The notes: generated by a model not told the origin, from the sequence alone. Positions 25,722 through 37,145 are shown, numbered from the stretch's first letter. The stretch: DNA of 57,276 nucleotides from an uncultured Rhizobiaceae group bacterium (GCA_937951645.1 CALFBM010000051.1:1-57276); one strand, 5' to 3'. A program made the numbers and translations.

Positions 25722-27257
25722 CTAATCAGCGCTTTGGTCCATCTTTATTTTCTTGCGCATCTTAGTAAAGAAAGGTGTTATCATTGGAACAAACAGGCAT
25801 GATGCCGCTATTAGTAAAATACTGAGCGTCAAAGGCCGTTCCCACAAAAACGACCAGCTGTCATTATTGATTAAAAGTGCGCGGCGCAAGTTTTCTTCCA
25901 TCATGCCGCCAAGAATAAATCCCAAAATCATGGGCGCCATTGGAAAAGATAAAAGTCTGAAAATCGTTGCAGCCAGGCCAAACAAAACCATCAACTGAAT
26001 ATCAAACGTATTAAACGATACAAAATACACACCAATAAGTGAAAAGAACAAAATCAATGGTAATAAAAACCGTCCCGGAATTGCCAACACGCGTGCAATA
26101 TATGGAATAAGCGGTAAATTCAGAACCAACAGAATAATATTACCTATCCACATGGAAACAATAACAGCCCAAAAAACGTCTGGCTGATCAATGTAAAGTC
26201 TTGGACCGGGTTGAATACCATAGCCAATCAACGCACCAAGCATAATCGCTGTTGTACCTGAGCCCGGAATACCAAGCGTTAGAAGCGGCACAAACGAACC
26301 TGTAGCTGCTGCATTATTGGCTGTCTCCGGTGCACACAAGCCACGCACAGAACCCTTGCCAAATTCCTTGCCTTTTTCTGACCCTGCCAATCGTTGCTCG
26401 ACACCATAGGCAAGAAATGATGCAATCGTCGCACCTGCACCAGGCAAAACACCAATCAGAAACCCCAAAACAGATGACCGCCCGATTACAGGCATCATGT
26501 CTTTTACTTCTTCCTTGCTAACGGCCATGGACCCAAGTTGTGACGCTGCTTGACGTTCCTCTTCCCGCTTTGCTTCATCAATTTTCTTGATGATTGCAAG
26601 CAAAGCCTCTGATAACGCAAAGGTCGCCATTACCAACATCAGAAACGAGATGCCGTCAATCAAATCAAGCATGCCAAGCGTAAAACGCGGAACGCCAATC
26701 GTTTGATCCGTTCCAACCGTTGATAACATCAAGCCAACAACAGTCATCAGCAATGCTTTCAGAACTTCACCCTTGCCTGCAAAGGCAGCAACTGCAGAGA
26801 GGCCCAAAACCATCAATGCAAAATAGTCGGTAGATTGAAACGAGAGCGAAACAGATGCCAGATAAGGCGCAGCAATTAACAATAACAATGCTGCAATCAC
26901 ACCACCAGAAAAAGAAGAGTAAGCAGCAATCGCCAAAGCCTTACCGGCCTTGCCGGACTTTGCCATTGGATAACCATCAAAACTCGTTGCAACCGTAGAG
27001 GCAACACCCGGTGCATTTATTAAAACAGATGAAGTGGACCCGCCAAAGATAGCGCCATAATAAACAGCAGCCATCAAGATAATGCCCGCAGAAGGCTCCA
27101 AACTTGCAGCAATCGGAATCATCAACGCAATCGCCGACATAGGCCCTAACCCGGGCAGCATCCCGATAAAAGTACCAACCAGACACCCCATCAATACAAA
27201 GACCAGATTTTGCAAAGTCAGCGCAGTGGCAAGACCAATGATAATTCCGTCAAGCAA
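25722..27257 (-). CDS. tctA: Tripartite tricarboxylate transporter large permease
   Basis: About 510 aa, polytopic. N-terminus ...LVGTFIGMLPGLGP and GVLPGAGATIASF are typical of TctA. TTG start 5 nt after the tctB stop. Confidence 0.85.
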   Translation of the reverse strand: MLDGIIIGLATALTLQNLVFVLMGCLVGTFIGMLPGLGPMSAIALMIPIAASLEPSAGIILMAAVYYGAIFGGSTSSVLINAPGVASTVATSFDGYPMAKSGKAGKALAIAAYSSFSGGVIAALLLLIAAPYLASVSLSFQSTDYFALMVLGLSAVAAFAGKGEVLKALLMTVVGLMLSTVGTDQTIGVPRFTLGMLDLIDGISFLMLVMATFALSEALLAIIKKIDEAKREEERQAASQLGSMAVSKEEVKDMMPVIGRSSVLGFLIGVLPGAGATIASFLAYGVEQRLAGSEKGKEFGKGSVRGLCAPETANNAAATGSFVPLLTLGIPGSGTTAIMLGALIGYGIQPGPRLYIDQPDVFWAVIVSMWIGNIILLVLNLPLIPYIARVLAIPGRFLLPLILFFSLIGVYFVSFNTFDIQLMVLFGLAATIFRLLSFPMAPMILGFILGGMMEENLRRALLINNDSWSFLWERPLTLSILLIAASCLFVPMITPFFTKMRKKIKMDQSAD

Positions 27258-27261
27258 TAAA

Positions 27262-27720
27262 CTATCCTCTCAGGAAAAAAGGCAGGGGCTCAATAAAGAC
27301 ATTTAACCCAAAGTTCATAAGCACCCAGAAACCGAAAACCAAAGGTATGGAAACCAACAAGAGTTTGGCGATACTTCGCTCACCCAAAAGTCCAAATCCG
27401 ATAATAAGAAACATTGATGTGGAAATCAAAAATCCGGCAGGCCTTACCATAAATCCATAGACAGACATAAGCGCCAAGAAAACAAGACCCAGTTTCCAGT
27501 TCAACTCGGACAATTGAGGACGATCATTATTGGCGGGAAAAGCAATTACGAGAGTAGACAGACCAATGCCCAGAACACTTAAAACCTCCGGCATGGTACG
27601 TGGCGTAAACGCCCCATTGGCCTGAAATGGCAAGAGTTTGATTTGCTGGCTTAAATAGGCATAAACAATACAAAATATTAGCAGTAAAATTCCACCTATC
27701 CTGTCCTTCGATAGCGCCAT
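27262..27720 (-). CDS. tctB: Tripartite tricarboxylate transporter small permease
   Basis: Small protein with 4 TM helices, located between tctC and tctA. The ATG at 27720 has a GGAG RBS; the GTG at 27732 lies inside that RBS. Confidence 0.7.
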   Translation of the reverse strand: MALSKDRIGGILLLIFCIVYAYLSQQIKLLPFQANGAFTPRTMPEVLSVLGIGLSTLVIAFPANNDRPQLSELNWKLGLVFLALMSVYGFMVRPAGFLISTSMFLIIGFGLLGERSIAKLLLVSIPLVFGFWVLMNFGLNVFIEPLPFFLRG

Positions 27721-27784
27721 GACAATCTCCACTCAAATACAAAACGAGCCAGCATTTGGCTTGCTCGTTTGATAACCATTAGCC

Positions 27785-28762
27785 TTATTCAAGAAACCCC
27801 AATTCACGCATCAAGTCACCGATTTGCTTTTCTTGTCCCTCAAGGAAACTCACAAAGTCAGCATCTGCATTGAAAATATCAACCCAACCATTTCGGTCAC
27901 GAACTTCTTCCCACTCTGGTGTTGAATACATTTTTTCAAGTGCCGCAATGTAAGCAGCTTTCTTGTCATCCGGCAAACCGGGGGCTGCAAAGAACCCTCG
28001 CCAGTTTACAAAATTTGTTCCTTTTGAACCAGCTTCGTCACACGTTGGCACATCTTTCATAGCTGCATTGCGTTCCATGGAGGTTACGCAAAGAATTTTC
28101 ACTTCTCCTTGGCGGGCAAGTTCAACTGCTTCACCAAACCCGGTCGTCAGTGCTTTAATCTCACCAGACAAAAGACCGGCCATCGCCTTGCCGCCTGCGT
28201 CATATGGAATGTACTTGACTTTCGTGGCTTCTGCGCCTGCATTCTTCATAACCAGTGCAGCAATCAAATGATCCATGCCACCCGCAACAGAGCCACCACC
28301 TACAGCAACACTCTTTGGATCTGTCTTATAAGCTTCAATCAAGTCACTCAAAGAACCCAATGTAGAATTCTTACCAACAACAATCGCACCATAATCACCA
28401 ATTGTACCTGCAATTGGTGTCAGGTCGCGAAATGACTGGGGGAACACCTTTGTTAGCGAGCGAATAACGATTGGTGTCGAATTCACCATCAATGTGCCAT
28501 GATCTTTGGTCTCAATAATATGGGCAATTGCTTTACCACCGCCGCCGCCAGACATATTTTCATAAGTTGCATTACCAACAATGCCAGCTTTCGTAAGCGC
28601 CTCCCCGGTTCCACGTGCAGTACCGTCCCAACCCCCACCAGCACCACCTGGTATCAGAAATTTCAATTCGCCAATATCTGCAGCAGAAGCTGAAGTTGTT
28701 ATAACAGTCGCTCCCATAAAAATTGAGCTCGCTGCAAGAATGATTTTCAGTAATTTCAACAT
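27785..28762 (-). CDS. tctC: Tripartite tricarboxylate transporter substrate-binding protein (Bug family)
   Basis: Signal peptide MLKLLKIILAASSIFMGATVITTSASA. The start at 28762 has GGAGG 5 nt upstream. GGAGGGWDGTAR motif and Bug-family size. Confidence 0.8.
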   Translation of the reverse strand: MLKLLKIILAASSIFMGATVITTSASAADIGELKFLIPGGAGGGWDGTARGTGEALTKAGIVGNATYENMSGGGGGKAIAHIIETKDHGTLMVNSTPIVIRSLTKVFPQSFRDLTPIAGTIGDYGAIVVGKNSTLGSLSDLIEAYKTDPKSVAVGGGSVAGGMDHLIAALVMKNAGAEATKVKYIPYDAGGKAMAGLLSGEIKALTTGFGEAVELARQGEVKILCVTSMERNAAMKDVPTCDEAGSKGTNFVNWRGFFAAPGLPDDKKAAYIAALEKMYSTPEWEEVRDRNGWVDIFNADADFVSFLEGQEKQIGDLMRELGFLE

Positions 28763-29117
28763 TATTTCCTCCAAGGATAACTTCTTAATATTACAGTTTA
28801 ATAGGTCATCATGCAAAATCACAACAATAATGTGGTAAAATTTCACATCTTTTGAAAAACCAAAAGTCACTCTTCAATTTCAAAATCAAACAAAATTCCA
28901 GTTTACTTTGCTTCCTGACTCTGAGGCATAATATCAAGTTAGTTTTATAGTTTCTTCATTAATCAAATAAACTTTAGACAAGCGAAACCGGTATGATCGG
29001 CAACTCTACAGGTTAATGGCGAAACCCCATATCAACATCAAGCCTAAACACATCACGTTAATCCAAAACTGGATCCCGACCAGCTTGCAACCTTGTCATG
29101 TTCAATATTTGCAGCTG

Positions 29118-29822
29118 TTAATAGCTTGCAATCATCTCATATCCTCTTGCAAAGTAAAGACGAACAAAAGTTACAGGTTCACCTGATAACCAGGTAATTC
29201 GCTCCGCTTTAAAAACAGGCTCCCCCACACCTACTCCTAAGGCATCTGCCACAGGTTTCTCGGCAGATGTGGCAGAAAACCTGACCTCCGCATTTGTATA
29301 AGGTACTTCGCTAATCAGCCATTCATTGGGACTGACTTTTAAAAAATCAAATTCACTTGCCAGTGGCACAACCTTTTGATTAATCCATCGATCTTCATAC
29401 TGATAAGGCTTGTCATCTGCAAAGTGGATGCACTTGATATGCTGGACATGACTATGAACCGGCAGTGACAGCTGGTTCTGCAACCATAGTGGAGCAATAT
29501 CGCTCTTGTTATATAACAGCTCATATTTGTAAACCGCACCTTTAGCTTCAACCTCTGATCTAACAAGCGGTATTTCAAAGGTTACCTGTCGTACAGGTGT
29601 CAGATTCACACGGCTACCTCCTTTGCGCTTGCGATCAATAATCCCGTCATCAGAAAGTTCCTGCATCGCGCGATTGACCGTTGCTCGCGCACAACCAAAC
29701 TCAGCCGCCAGCTCCACTTCGCCAGGTAATAAAGTACCAGGTGGCCATTCATTATTACGAATACGCCTAAAAACCTCCTGCTTGATATCGCGGTAACCAA
29801 CTTTTTGGGGCATTACGCTCAT
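29118..29822 (-). CDS. hutC: GntR-family histidine utilization repressor
   Basis: N-terminal GntR wHTH (LPGEVELAAEFGCARATVNRAMQELSDDGIIDRKRKGGSRV) plus a UTRA-like C-terminal domain. Located in the hut locus, with its ATG 2 nt after the hutF stop. Confidence 0.8.
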   Translation of the reverse strand: MSVMPQKVGYRDIKQEVFRRIRNNEWPPGTLLPGEVELAAEFGCARATVNRAMQELSDDGIIDRKRKGGSRVNLTPVRQVTFEIPLVRSEVEAKGAVYKYELLYNKSDIAPLWLQNQLSLPVHSHVQHIKCIHFADDKPYQYEDRWINQKVVPLASEFDFLKVSPNEWLISEVPYTNAEVRFSATSAEKPVADALGVGVGEPVFKAERITWLSGEPVTFVRLYFARGYEMIASY

Positions 29823-29824
29823 GA

Positions 29825-31183
29825 TCAAATTGACTGAAGCAAGGTGGAAACTGATTGCTTATAAGTGGCAAGAATGGCATCGCGTTCAATATGCTTGCCT
29901 TTGCGCACCTGATACCGTCCTGCCGACCACAGATCAGTTACAACATTATCCTTGGCAGCAAAAACCAAACCATCAAGAAGCTGGTCATCAGCAAGTGCAC
30001 AAAGCGCAGGCGCAGTGCTGTCAATCGCAACCAAATCAGCAAGTTTTCCAACTGCAATCTCACCAGCATCACGCGCCATGGCTTGTGCGCCACCCATAGC
30101 TGCATTGGTATACAGCGTATGCCCAACAGAACCTTCACCAACAACCATGACATTGCGAGCAATGTCACGCAGGCGCTGCGAATATTCCATTGTTCTGAGT
30201 TCTTCCGTCATGGAAATATTAATATTGGAGTCTGATCCAATACCAAATTTCCCACCTGCTTCAAGATAGTCAGCACCATTAAAAATACCGTCACCCAAAT
30301 TGGATTCCGTAATTGGACAAAGCCCTGCAACAGCACCTGTAGATGCCATGTTTAAAGTCTCGGCTTTCGTCATATGCGTTGCATGAATAAGACACCATCT
30401 CGCGTTTACATCCGCATTGTCCAACAGCCACTCAACAGGACGCGCACCCAGCCAGGCCTCAACATCTGAAACTTCTTTTGGTTGTTCGGAAATATGCATG
30501 TGAACAGGACCATCATTATATAAAGCCAAAAACTGCTTTAAATGAGCAGGCGTTGTTGCTCGAAGCGAGTGTGGTGCAACGCCCATTTTTGCATCAGATG
30601 ACAATTGTGCAAGGCCACTGCCTGCTTGTTCATATAGTGCATTAAAATCATCAAGATCATTACCAAATCGCAATTGCCCTTCAACAAGTGATGTTTCTCC
30701 AGCACCACCGTAAGTATATAGAACAGGTAAATGCGTTAACCCGATACCTGTAATTTTCGCCGCTTCAAAAATCCTGTTTGAAAGCTCCGCAATATTATCG
30801 TAATGCGTACCGCCAATTTGGTGATGAACATAATGAAACTCACCTACACTTGCAAAACCAGCTTCCTGCATTTCCATAAAAGTCAGCGCAGCAAACGCCT
30901 CAATTTGCTCAGGCGTTAATTGATCCATAAAGCGATACATAAGTTCGCGCCAGGTCCAGAAACTGTCACGTCCCGCAGCACGCACTTCTGTCATGCCTGC
31001 CATGGCACGTTGAAACGAATGGCTGTGCAGATTTGCAATTGAGGGAAGAAGTGCATCAACCAGAACATCACCTGCCTCTGCTTTTGCGTGCGGTACAATA
31101 GAACTTATCCGTCCATCTTCAACGGCAATACGAACATCAGTTTCCCAACCGGATATCAACAGGGCTTTATTTGCAAAAATCAA
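29825..31183 (-). CDS. hutF: Formimidoylglutamate deiminase (amidohydrolase superfamily)
   Basis: 452 aa. Metal motif NLHSHSFQRAMAG. Amidohydrolase-fold pattern through ...GIGSDSN. Its position in the hut locus supports the call. TTG start. Confidence 0.75.
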   Translation of the reverse strand: MIFANKALLISGWETDVRIAVEDGRISSIVPHAKAEAGDVLVDALLPSIANLHSHSFQRAMAGMTEVRAAGRDSFWTWRELMYRFMDQLTPEQIEAFAALTFMEMQEAGFASVGEFHYVHHQIGGTHYDNIAELSNRIFEAAKITGIGLTHLPVLYTYGGAGETSLVEGQLRFGNDLDDFNALYEQAGSGLAQLSSDAKMGVAPHSLRATTPAHLKQFLALYNDGPVHMHISEQPKEVSDVEAWLGARPVEWLLDNADVNARWCLIHATHMTKAETLNMASTGAVAGLCPITESNLGDGIFNGADYLEAGGKFGIGSDSNINISMTEELRTMEYSQRLRDIARNVMVVGEGSVGHTLYTNAAMGGAQAMARDAGEIAVGKLADLVAIDSTAPALCALADDQLLDGLVFAAKDNVVTDLWSAGRYQVRKGKHIERDAILATYKQSVSTLLQSI

Positions 31184-31205
31184 AATACCATCTCACTTAC
31201 AAATT

Positions 31206-31221
31206 TTATGTCTAGACATAA
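31206..31221. promoter_or_regulatory. Predicted HutC operator in the hutF / hutI divergent region
   Basis: Perfect 16-nt palindrome TTATGTCTAGACATAA. Its core GTCTAGAC fits the HutC-subfamily GntR consensus GT-M-TA-K-AC. Confidence 0.7.
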
Positions 31222-31280
31222 TATCATTTTAAAAATACAATACAAGCGTAATTACAATTCCAAACAAGAAGATCAGTATT

Positions 31281-32480
31281 TTGGCAAACAAGCTTCTGAC
31301 AGACATTCACGTTGCAACAATGGCGCAAAACGATTTGCCATATGGCCTTGTCAAAAACGCCACCATAGCCATGCAAGATAATGAAATTGCCTGGGTTGGA
31401 GCATCAGACGGACTTCCTGATAAATATCAAACATGGGCAAAAACTTCGCTGAATGGCCGCCTTGTCACACCAGCTTTAATTGATTGTCACACACATATTG
31501 TCTTTGGTGGAAACCGTGCAAACGAATTTGAAATGCGTTTAAACGGAGCAAGCTACGAAGAAGTAGCGCGTGCTGGCGGCGGAATAGTATCAACCGTAAA
31601 AGCCACCAGAAACTCGACACTCGAAGAACTTGTGCAAGGAGCACTGCCAAGAGTAGACGCCATGCTAAAAGAGGGCATTACAACCATTGAAGTAAAGTCG
31701 GGTTACGGCCTTGATGTTGAAACAGAGCTTAACATGCTACGTGCAGCCCGCATGCTTGAAAGCCATCGCGATGTACGTATCATAACCTCCTTTCTTGGCG
31801 CTCACGCAATTCCTGACGAATATAAAGATAACTCCGACACATACATCCGTGATATTTGTATCCCCACATTAAAAGCCGCGCATAATGAAGGGCTTGTTGA
31901 TGCAGTGGATGGTTTTTGTGAGGGAATTGCCTTTACGCCTGATCAAATCGCAAAGGTCTTTGGCGTTGCAAAAGATCTTGGACTTCCCGTTAAACTTCAC
32001 GCAGAACAACTATCAAACCTTGGTGGCGCAAAACTTGCTGCACAACATGGTGCGCTTTCCGTTGATCATATTGAGTATCTCGATGAAGATGGCGTAGAGG
32101 CAATAGCAAAGTCAGGAACCATTGCAGTCATTTTACCTGGTGCCTTTTATACCCTGCGCGAAACACAAAAACCACCCATCAAACTTTTAAGAAAATACAA
32201 GGTTCCCATGGCAATTGCAACAGATTGCAACCCTGGCTCTTCCCCCATGACCTCACTTTTACTTGCCATGAACATGGGCTGCACACTCTTTAAAATGACA
32301 CCTTTGGAAGCAATGCAAGGCGTAACAGTAAATGCAGCCAAAGCGCTAGGATTGAACGACCTTGGCACAATAGAAACAGGCAAAACAGCAGAATTGGCAG
32401 TATGGGATATCGAACACCCGGCAGAACTGTCTTACCGAATTGGCTTTAATCCATTGCACAGAATAATTCGCGGAGAATAG
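31281..32480 (+). CDS. hutI: Imidazolonepropionase
   Basis: Metal motif [32 protein letters not shown] start. Confidence 0.9.
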   Translation: MANKLLTDIHVATMAQNDLPYGLVKNATIAMQDNEIAWVGASDGLPDKYQTWAKTSLNGRLVTPALIDCHTHIVFGGNRANEFEMRLNGASYEEVARAGGGIVSTVKATRNSTLEELVQGALPRVDAMLKEGITTIEVKSGYGLDVETELNMLRAARMLESHRDVRIITSFLGAHAIPDEYKDNSDTYIRDICIPTLKAAHNEGLVDAVDGFCEGIAFTPDQIAKVFGVAKDLGLPVKLHAEQLSNLGGAKLAAQHGALSVDHIEYLDEDGVEAIAKSGTIAVILPGAFYTLRETQKPPIKLLRKYKVPMAIATDCNPGSSPMTSLLLAMNMGCTLFKMTPLEAMQGVTVNAAKALGLNDLGTIETGKTAELAVWDIEHPAELSYRIGFNPLHRIIRGE

Positions 32481-32483
32481 ATT

Positions 32484-34031
32484 GTGAAAACTCTCACATT
32501 AACCCCTGGCGAAGTTACCCTCAACGATTTGCAGCAAATCTACCAAGATGAATGCTGCGTAAAGCTTGATAAGAGCTGTTATCCGGCAATGGAATTTGCA
32601 CAGGGTAAAATCTCAGAAGCTGCTGCAGGAGACATCGCAGTTTACGGGGTAAACACAGGCTTTGGAAAGCTGGCTAGCGTTAAAATCGCTCCTGAAGATA
32701 CTGCAGCCCTCCAACGCAATCTTATTTTGTCTCATTGTTGTGGTGTTGGTCCTGCTATCCCCCGCCAACATGCAAGGCTAATAATGGCATTAAAGCTCCT
32801 GTCGCTGGGGCGTGGTGCTTCTGGCATAAGATTAGCTTTGGTTAATCTTATTGAAGCCTTGTTACAAAAACAGGTGACGCCTGTCATTCCAGCACAAGGC
32901 TCTGTAGGTGCATCAGGTGATTTAGCTCCTCTTGCCCACATGGCAGCAGTTCTAATGGGTGAAGGTGAGGCTGAATATCAAGGCGAAACCTTATCTGGAA
33001 ATGAAGCGTTAAAGAGGGCAGGACTATCCCCAATAGCGTTAGGACCAAAAGAAGGGCTGGCTCTTATCAATGGCACACAGTTTAGTACAGCATTTGCACT
33101 GGCTGGTCTTTTTGACGCTTGGCACGCTGCAAATACAGCACTTGTGACTTCATCTCTTTCAACCGATGCCATCATGGGATCAACAGCACCTCTACAACCA
33201 GAAATCCATACTTTACGCGGTCACGCAGGCCAGATTGATGCAGCCCATACCATGCGCAGCTTACTGGCAGGTTCGCAAATCCGTGAAAGCCATGTTGTTG
33301 ATGACGCACGTGTTCAAGACCCCTATTGTATTCGTTGCCAACCGCAAGTCACAGGCGCTGCAATCGATGTATTACGTATGGCGGCGCGCACATTGGAAAT
33401 TGAAGCCAATGCAGCAACAGACAATCCTTTGATCTTAACACAAGTCGATAGAATAGTATCAGGCGGTAATTTTCATGCAGAACCCGTTGGTTTTGCAGCA
33501 GACATGATAGCATTAGCAATTGCAGAAATCGGTGCAATCGCACAACGCCGCATAGCACTCATTGTTGATCCTGTCTTGAGCTTCAATCTGCCTCCATTCC
33601 TTGCACCAAATCCTGGCTTGAATTCTGGTTACATGATTGCAGAAGTGACAACGGCAGCTTTGATGAGCGAAAACAAACATCTGGCAAACCCTTGTGTCAC
33701 CGACTCAACCCCCACGAGCGCAAACCAGGAAGACCATGTCAGCATGGCAGCACATGGCGCAAGACGTCTGGGCAAAATGGTTGAAAACCTAAATAATATT
33801 TTGGCTGTTGAACTTCTATGCTCAGCGCAAGGAATTGAGTTTCGCGCACCTTTAAAAACAAGCAAGCCGCTGAAAAATGTGATCGCAAGGCTTCGTGAAG
33901 ATATTCCAAAACTGGAAAATGATCGTTATCTGGCACCTGATATAAAACTGGCGTCAGAACTGGTCCAAAGGAATGAAATTACCAAGGCAACTCAGTCCGG
34001 ATTTCCACAATTACAGAAAGACGTAACATGA
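32484..34031 (+). CDS. hutH: Histidine ammonia-lyase
   Basis: MIO-forming motif [22 protein letters not shown], and a length of 515 aa. GTG start. Confidence 0.95.
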   Translation: MKTLTLTPGEVTLNDLQQIYQDECCVKLDKSCYPAMEFAQGKISEAAAGDIAVYGVNTGFGKLASVKIAPEDTAALQRNLILSHCCGVGPAIPRQHARLIMALKLLSLGRGASGIRLALVNLIEALLQKQVTPVIPAQGSVGASGDLAPLAHMAAVLMGEGEAEYQGETLSGNEALKRAGLSPIALGPKEGLALINGTQFSTAFALAGLFDAWHAANTALVTSSLSTDAIMGSTAPLQPEIHTLRGHAGQIDAAHTMRSLLAGSQIRESHVVDDARVQDPYCIRCQPQVTGAAIDVLRMAARTLEIEANAATDNPLILTQVDRIVSGGNFHAEPVGFAADMIALAIAEIGAIAQRRIALIVDPVLSFNLPPFLAPNPGLNSGYMIAEVTTAALMSENKHLANPCVTDSTPTSANQEDHVSMAAHGARRLGKMVENLNNILAVELLCSAQGIEFRAPLKTSKPLKNVIARLREDIPKLENDRYLAPDIKLASELVQRNEITKATQSGFPQLQKDVT

Positions 34032-34384
34032 CTTTTCGAATTATAATCAATTCTGTAGTTCTTGTCGTTTCAACAACCATCAGCTTTGCACAAGAGCGTA
34101 CATTAACAGGCGAAGAAATCAGTAATCTACTCCCCACAATCAAAGTAAAAGGGGAAAGTTACACTCAGACTTTCACCCCAAAAGGCCTCACCACATACAT
34201 TTATGATGGAAGACCAAGCGAAGGCCGCTGGATGATACAGGACAATCAATATTGCTCTACATGGCCGCCAAACAATGCAATCGAATGCTATGATGTACTT
34301 GTCGATGAAACACAAAAGTCAATCACATGGATTGGTGCCAGAAACTCAGTTTCAAAAGCCACATACAAGATTCTGGAGAACTAA
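34028..34384 (+). CDS. Small secreted hypothetical protein (118 aa) embedded in the hut operon
   Basis: ATGA overlap with the hutH stop. Signal peptide ...[10 protein letters not shown]. Mature part has G.W....N.YC....(8)..C pattern. The stop lies 1 nt before the hutU ATG. Confidence 0.55.
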   Translation: MTFRIIINSVVLVVSTTISFAQERTLTGEEISNLLPTIKVKGESYTQTFTPKGLTTYIYDGRPSEGRWMIQDNQYCSTWPPNNAIECYDVLVDETQKSITWIGARNSVSKATYKILEN

Positions 34385-34385
34385 A

Positions 34386-36068
34386 ATGAGTAACCCTCGT
34401 CATAATATGCGTGATGTTTTCCCACCAACAGGCACTGAAATTTCCACAAAAAGCTGGCTCACAGAAGCACCCATGCGGATGCTGATGAACAACCTTCATC
34501 CCGATGTTGCAGAAAACCCTCATGAACTCGTTGTATATGGCGGAATTGGCAGAGCTGCTCGCACTTGGGATGATTTTGATAAAATTGTTTCGTCCCTAAA
34601 AGATTTGCTAACTGACGAAACCTTGCTGGTTCAATCCGGTAAACCTGTAGGTGTTTTTCGAACTCATAAGGATGCACCACGTGTCTTGATTGCAAACTCA
34701 AACCTCGTACCTCATTGGGCAAATTGGGATCACTTCAATGAACTCGATAAAAAGGGTCTGGCAATGTATGGCCAGATGACCGCTGGCTCCTGGATTTACA
34801 TCGGAACACAAGGTATTGTTCAGGGCACTTATGAAACATTTGTCGAAGCAGGTCGCCAACATTATGAAGGTGATTTAACGGGTAAATGGATTTTAACAGG
34901 CGGCCTTGGCGGCATGGGCGGCGCACAACCACTTGCAGCAGTCATGGCAGGTGCATGTTGTCTGGCGGTTGAGTGTGATGAAAGCCGTATCGATTTCAGA
35001 CTACGCACACGCTACGTTGATGCAAAGGCAAAGACGCTCGATGAAGCGCTTGAAATGATTACTGAGTGGACCTTCAAAGGCGAAGCAAAATCTGTTGGCC
35101 TATTGGGCAATGCTGCAGATATATTTCCTGAACTTGTCAAACGCATGAATGCAGATGGCATTCGCCCTGATATTGTCACCGACCAGACCAGTGCACATGA
35201 TCCATTGCATGGTTATCTTCCAAGTGGATGGAGCGTCGCTGAATGGAAAGAAAAGCAGGAAAGCGATCCAAAGGCCGTTGAAAAAGCAGCTTGCAGTTCA
35301 ATGAAAAAACACGTTACCGCCATGGTCGATTTCTGGAATGCTGAAGTACCAACGCTTGATTACGGCAATAACATCAGACAGGTAGCCCTTGATGAAGGCC
35401 TTGAAAATGCCTTTGCTTTCCCGGGTTTTGTACCAGCTTACATTCGCCCCCTCTTCTGTCGTGGCATTGGGCCGTTCCGTTGGTGCGCGCTTTCAGGTGA
35501 TCCGGAAGATATTTATAAAACCGATCAGGCAATGAAAGAACTTTTCCCGGAAAACACGCATCTACATCGCTGGCTTGATATGGCGCGTGAGCGGATTGAG
35601 TTCCAGGGACTGCCCGCCAGAATTTGCTGGATAGGTTTGGGTGACAGACATCGCGCAGGGTTAAAGTTTAATGAGATGGTGGCAAGTGGTGAGCTCAAGG
35701 CGCCCATCGTTATTGGTCGCGACCATTTGGATTCTGGTTCAGTTGCAAGTCCTAACCGCGAAACAGAAGCGATGAAAGACGGTTCAGATGCCGTATCAGA
35801 TTGGCCACTTCTTAATGCACTGCTCAACACCGCATCAGGCGCAACTTGGGTTAGCCTGCATCATGGCGGCGGCGTTGGCATGGGTTTTAGTCAGCATTCA
35901 GGCATGGTCATTGTTGCAGACGGCACAGAAGACGCAAGTCGTCGCTTAAATAATGTTTTATGGAATGATCCCGCAACAGGCGTTATGCGTCACGCGGATG
36001 CGGGCTATGAGATAGCGATTGATTGCGCAAAAGAGCATGATCTAAATCTGCCTGGCATCAAGGATTAG
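34386..36068 (+). CDS. hutU: Urocanate hydratase
   Basis: [16 protein letters not shown] motif, and the protein reads as urocanase over its whole length. I prefer the ATG at 34386 (MSNPRHN...). The track start at 34275 would overlap the preceding ORF. Confidence 0.95.
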   Translation: MSNPRHNMRDVFPPTGTEISTKSWLTEAPMRMLMNNLHPDVAENPHELVVYGGIGRAARTWDDFDKIVSSLKDLLTDETLLVQSGKPVGVFRTHKDAPRVLIANSNLVPHWANWDHFNELDKKGLAMYGQMTAGSWIYIGTQGIVQGTYETFVEAGRQHYEGDLTGKWILTGGLGGMGGAQPLAAVMAGACCLAVECDESRIDFRLRTRYVDAKAKTLDEALEMITEWTFKGEAKSVGLLGNAADIFPELVKRMNADGIRPDIVTDQTSAHDPLHGYLPSGWSVAEWKEKQESDPKAVEKAACSSMKKHVTAMVDFWNAEVPTLDYGNNIRQVALDEGLENAFAFPGFVPAYIRPLFCRGIGPFRWCALSGDPEDIYKTDQAMKELFPENTHLHRWLDMARERIEFQGLPARICWIGLGDRHRAGLKFNEMVASGELKAPIVIGRDHLDSGSVASPNRETEAMKDGSDAVSDWPLLNALLNTASGATWVSLHHGGGVGMGFSQHSGMVIVADGTEDASRRLNNVLWNDPATGVMRHADAGYEIAIDCAKEHDLNLPGIKD

Positions 36069-36200
36069 CTGGTATTTAAAGCGAATATGACGCTTGGATA
36101 AATCTGCGACAGATCTGCTAGCGATAATTCATGTCCTCTTCAATTTCAGTTCACATCAAGCAAACGGTGGGTTTTATGATTGCAACAAACATTGGTAAAA

Positions 36201-37100
36201 CTAGCCAAGCTGACCAGAAATTTTTTCCCAAATCAAATTTGCCGGCTTACCAATGGTGCTCCGGTGCATGTAGGCATTAATCTCCAAATCCATGCTCCAG
36301 CCTTCAGTGGAAATTTTTTTGATCATCTTTTTATAATGCGGCTCAACGCAAGACTCAGGCAGCCAGCCAATACCAAAACCGGAACTGACACAGTTTTGAA
36401 TGACACTCGACATATCCGTCTCAATTTGAGTAATGCTGTTTAATCTGCTTGGTGATTGCTTGATTATCAAATCTACAAGCCGTGCGAAATACGCCCCCTT
36501 TGAATATCGCAGTAGTGGGATAGGTGCATTTTCTGTGCCAGGAAATCTATTCTCGTATTGTTGGGTAAATCGACTTGCTGCATAAGGAGAAAGCCTATCT
36601 TTCTCAATTTCACAGGAAAGATAATAATCAGGATCCAGCAGGATGGGAAGATCTGTGCCATTATAGCAGATCAAAATGTCCGTTGTGCCAGTGATAAACT
36701 TCGCGATCATTTCAGAAACATTACCAACAGATAAAGTAACGGACATCCGTGTTCCCTCAGACCAGTTTTGCCACCATCTGGAAAACCGGGAATTTGAAAG
36801 CACATGAGGTATTGAAATATGAACGTGCGAAGTTGTTCCAAGCGCCGGACTGGACAATGCAGCTCTTGTGTCGTTCAAGTTGGATAGTATGTCATTTGTC
36901 TCAGCCAGAAAACGCTGGCCAGCATAAGTCATCTGAACAGGATATGTTTCCCGATTTACCAGCGATGTTCCTACCCAGCTTTCAAGTGCCTGTATTCTTC
37001 TACTAAACGCAGCCTGTGAAACATTTTGTTTTCTGGCTGCAAAAGTAAAATTACCTGTATCGGCTAACGTTTGAAAATCTTTTAACCACTCAATGTTCAT
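36201..37100 (-). CDS. LysR family transcriptional regulator
   Basis: N-terminal HTH (FQTLADTGNFTFAARKQNVSQAAFSRRIQALE) plus a LysR substrate-binding domain. Divergent from the TAXI-TRAP operon. Confidence 0.85.
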   Translation of the reverse strand: MNIEWLKDFQTLADTGNFTFAARKQNVSQAAFSRRIQALESWVGTSLVNRETYPVQMTYAGQRFLAETNDILSNLNDTRAALSSPALGTTSHVHISIPHVLSNSRFSRWWQNWSEGTRMSVTLSVGNVSEMIAKFITGTTDILICYNGTDLPILLDPDYYLSCEIEKDRLSPYAASRFTQQYENRFPGTENAPIPLLRYSKGAYFARLVDLIIKQSPSRLNSITQIETDMSSVIQNCVSSGFGIGWLPESCVEPHYKKMIKKISTEGWSMDLEINAYMHRSTIGKPANLIWEKISGQLG

Positions 37101-37130
37101 TTCAGTTTAGTCCATACAAAAATTATAACT

Positions 37131-37145
37131 ATGCATTTTTTGCAT
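37131..37145. promoter_or_regulatory. LysR-type box (T-N11-A), copy 1
   Basis: ATGCATTTTTTGCAT, i.e. ATGCA-N5-TGCAT dyad, 31 bp upstream of the LysR ATG. Confidence 0.55.

Noticed and set aside
28763-28870. Longer tctC start proposed by the ORF track
   Set aside because: The extra 36 residues precede a canonical signal peptide. The ATG at 28762 is preceded by GGAGG.
34275-34385. Longer hutU start proposed by the ORF track
   Set aside because: The extension overlaps the preceding secreted-protein ORF and adds non-urocanase sequence. The ATG at 34386 begins the conserved N-terminus.
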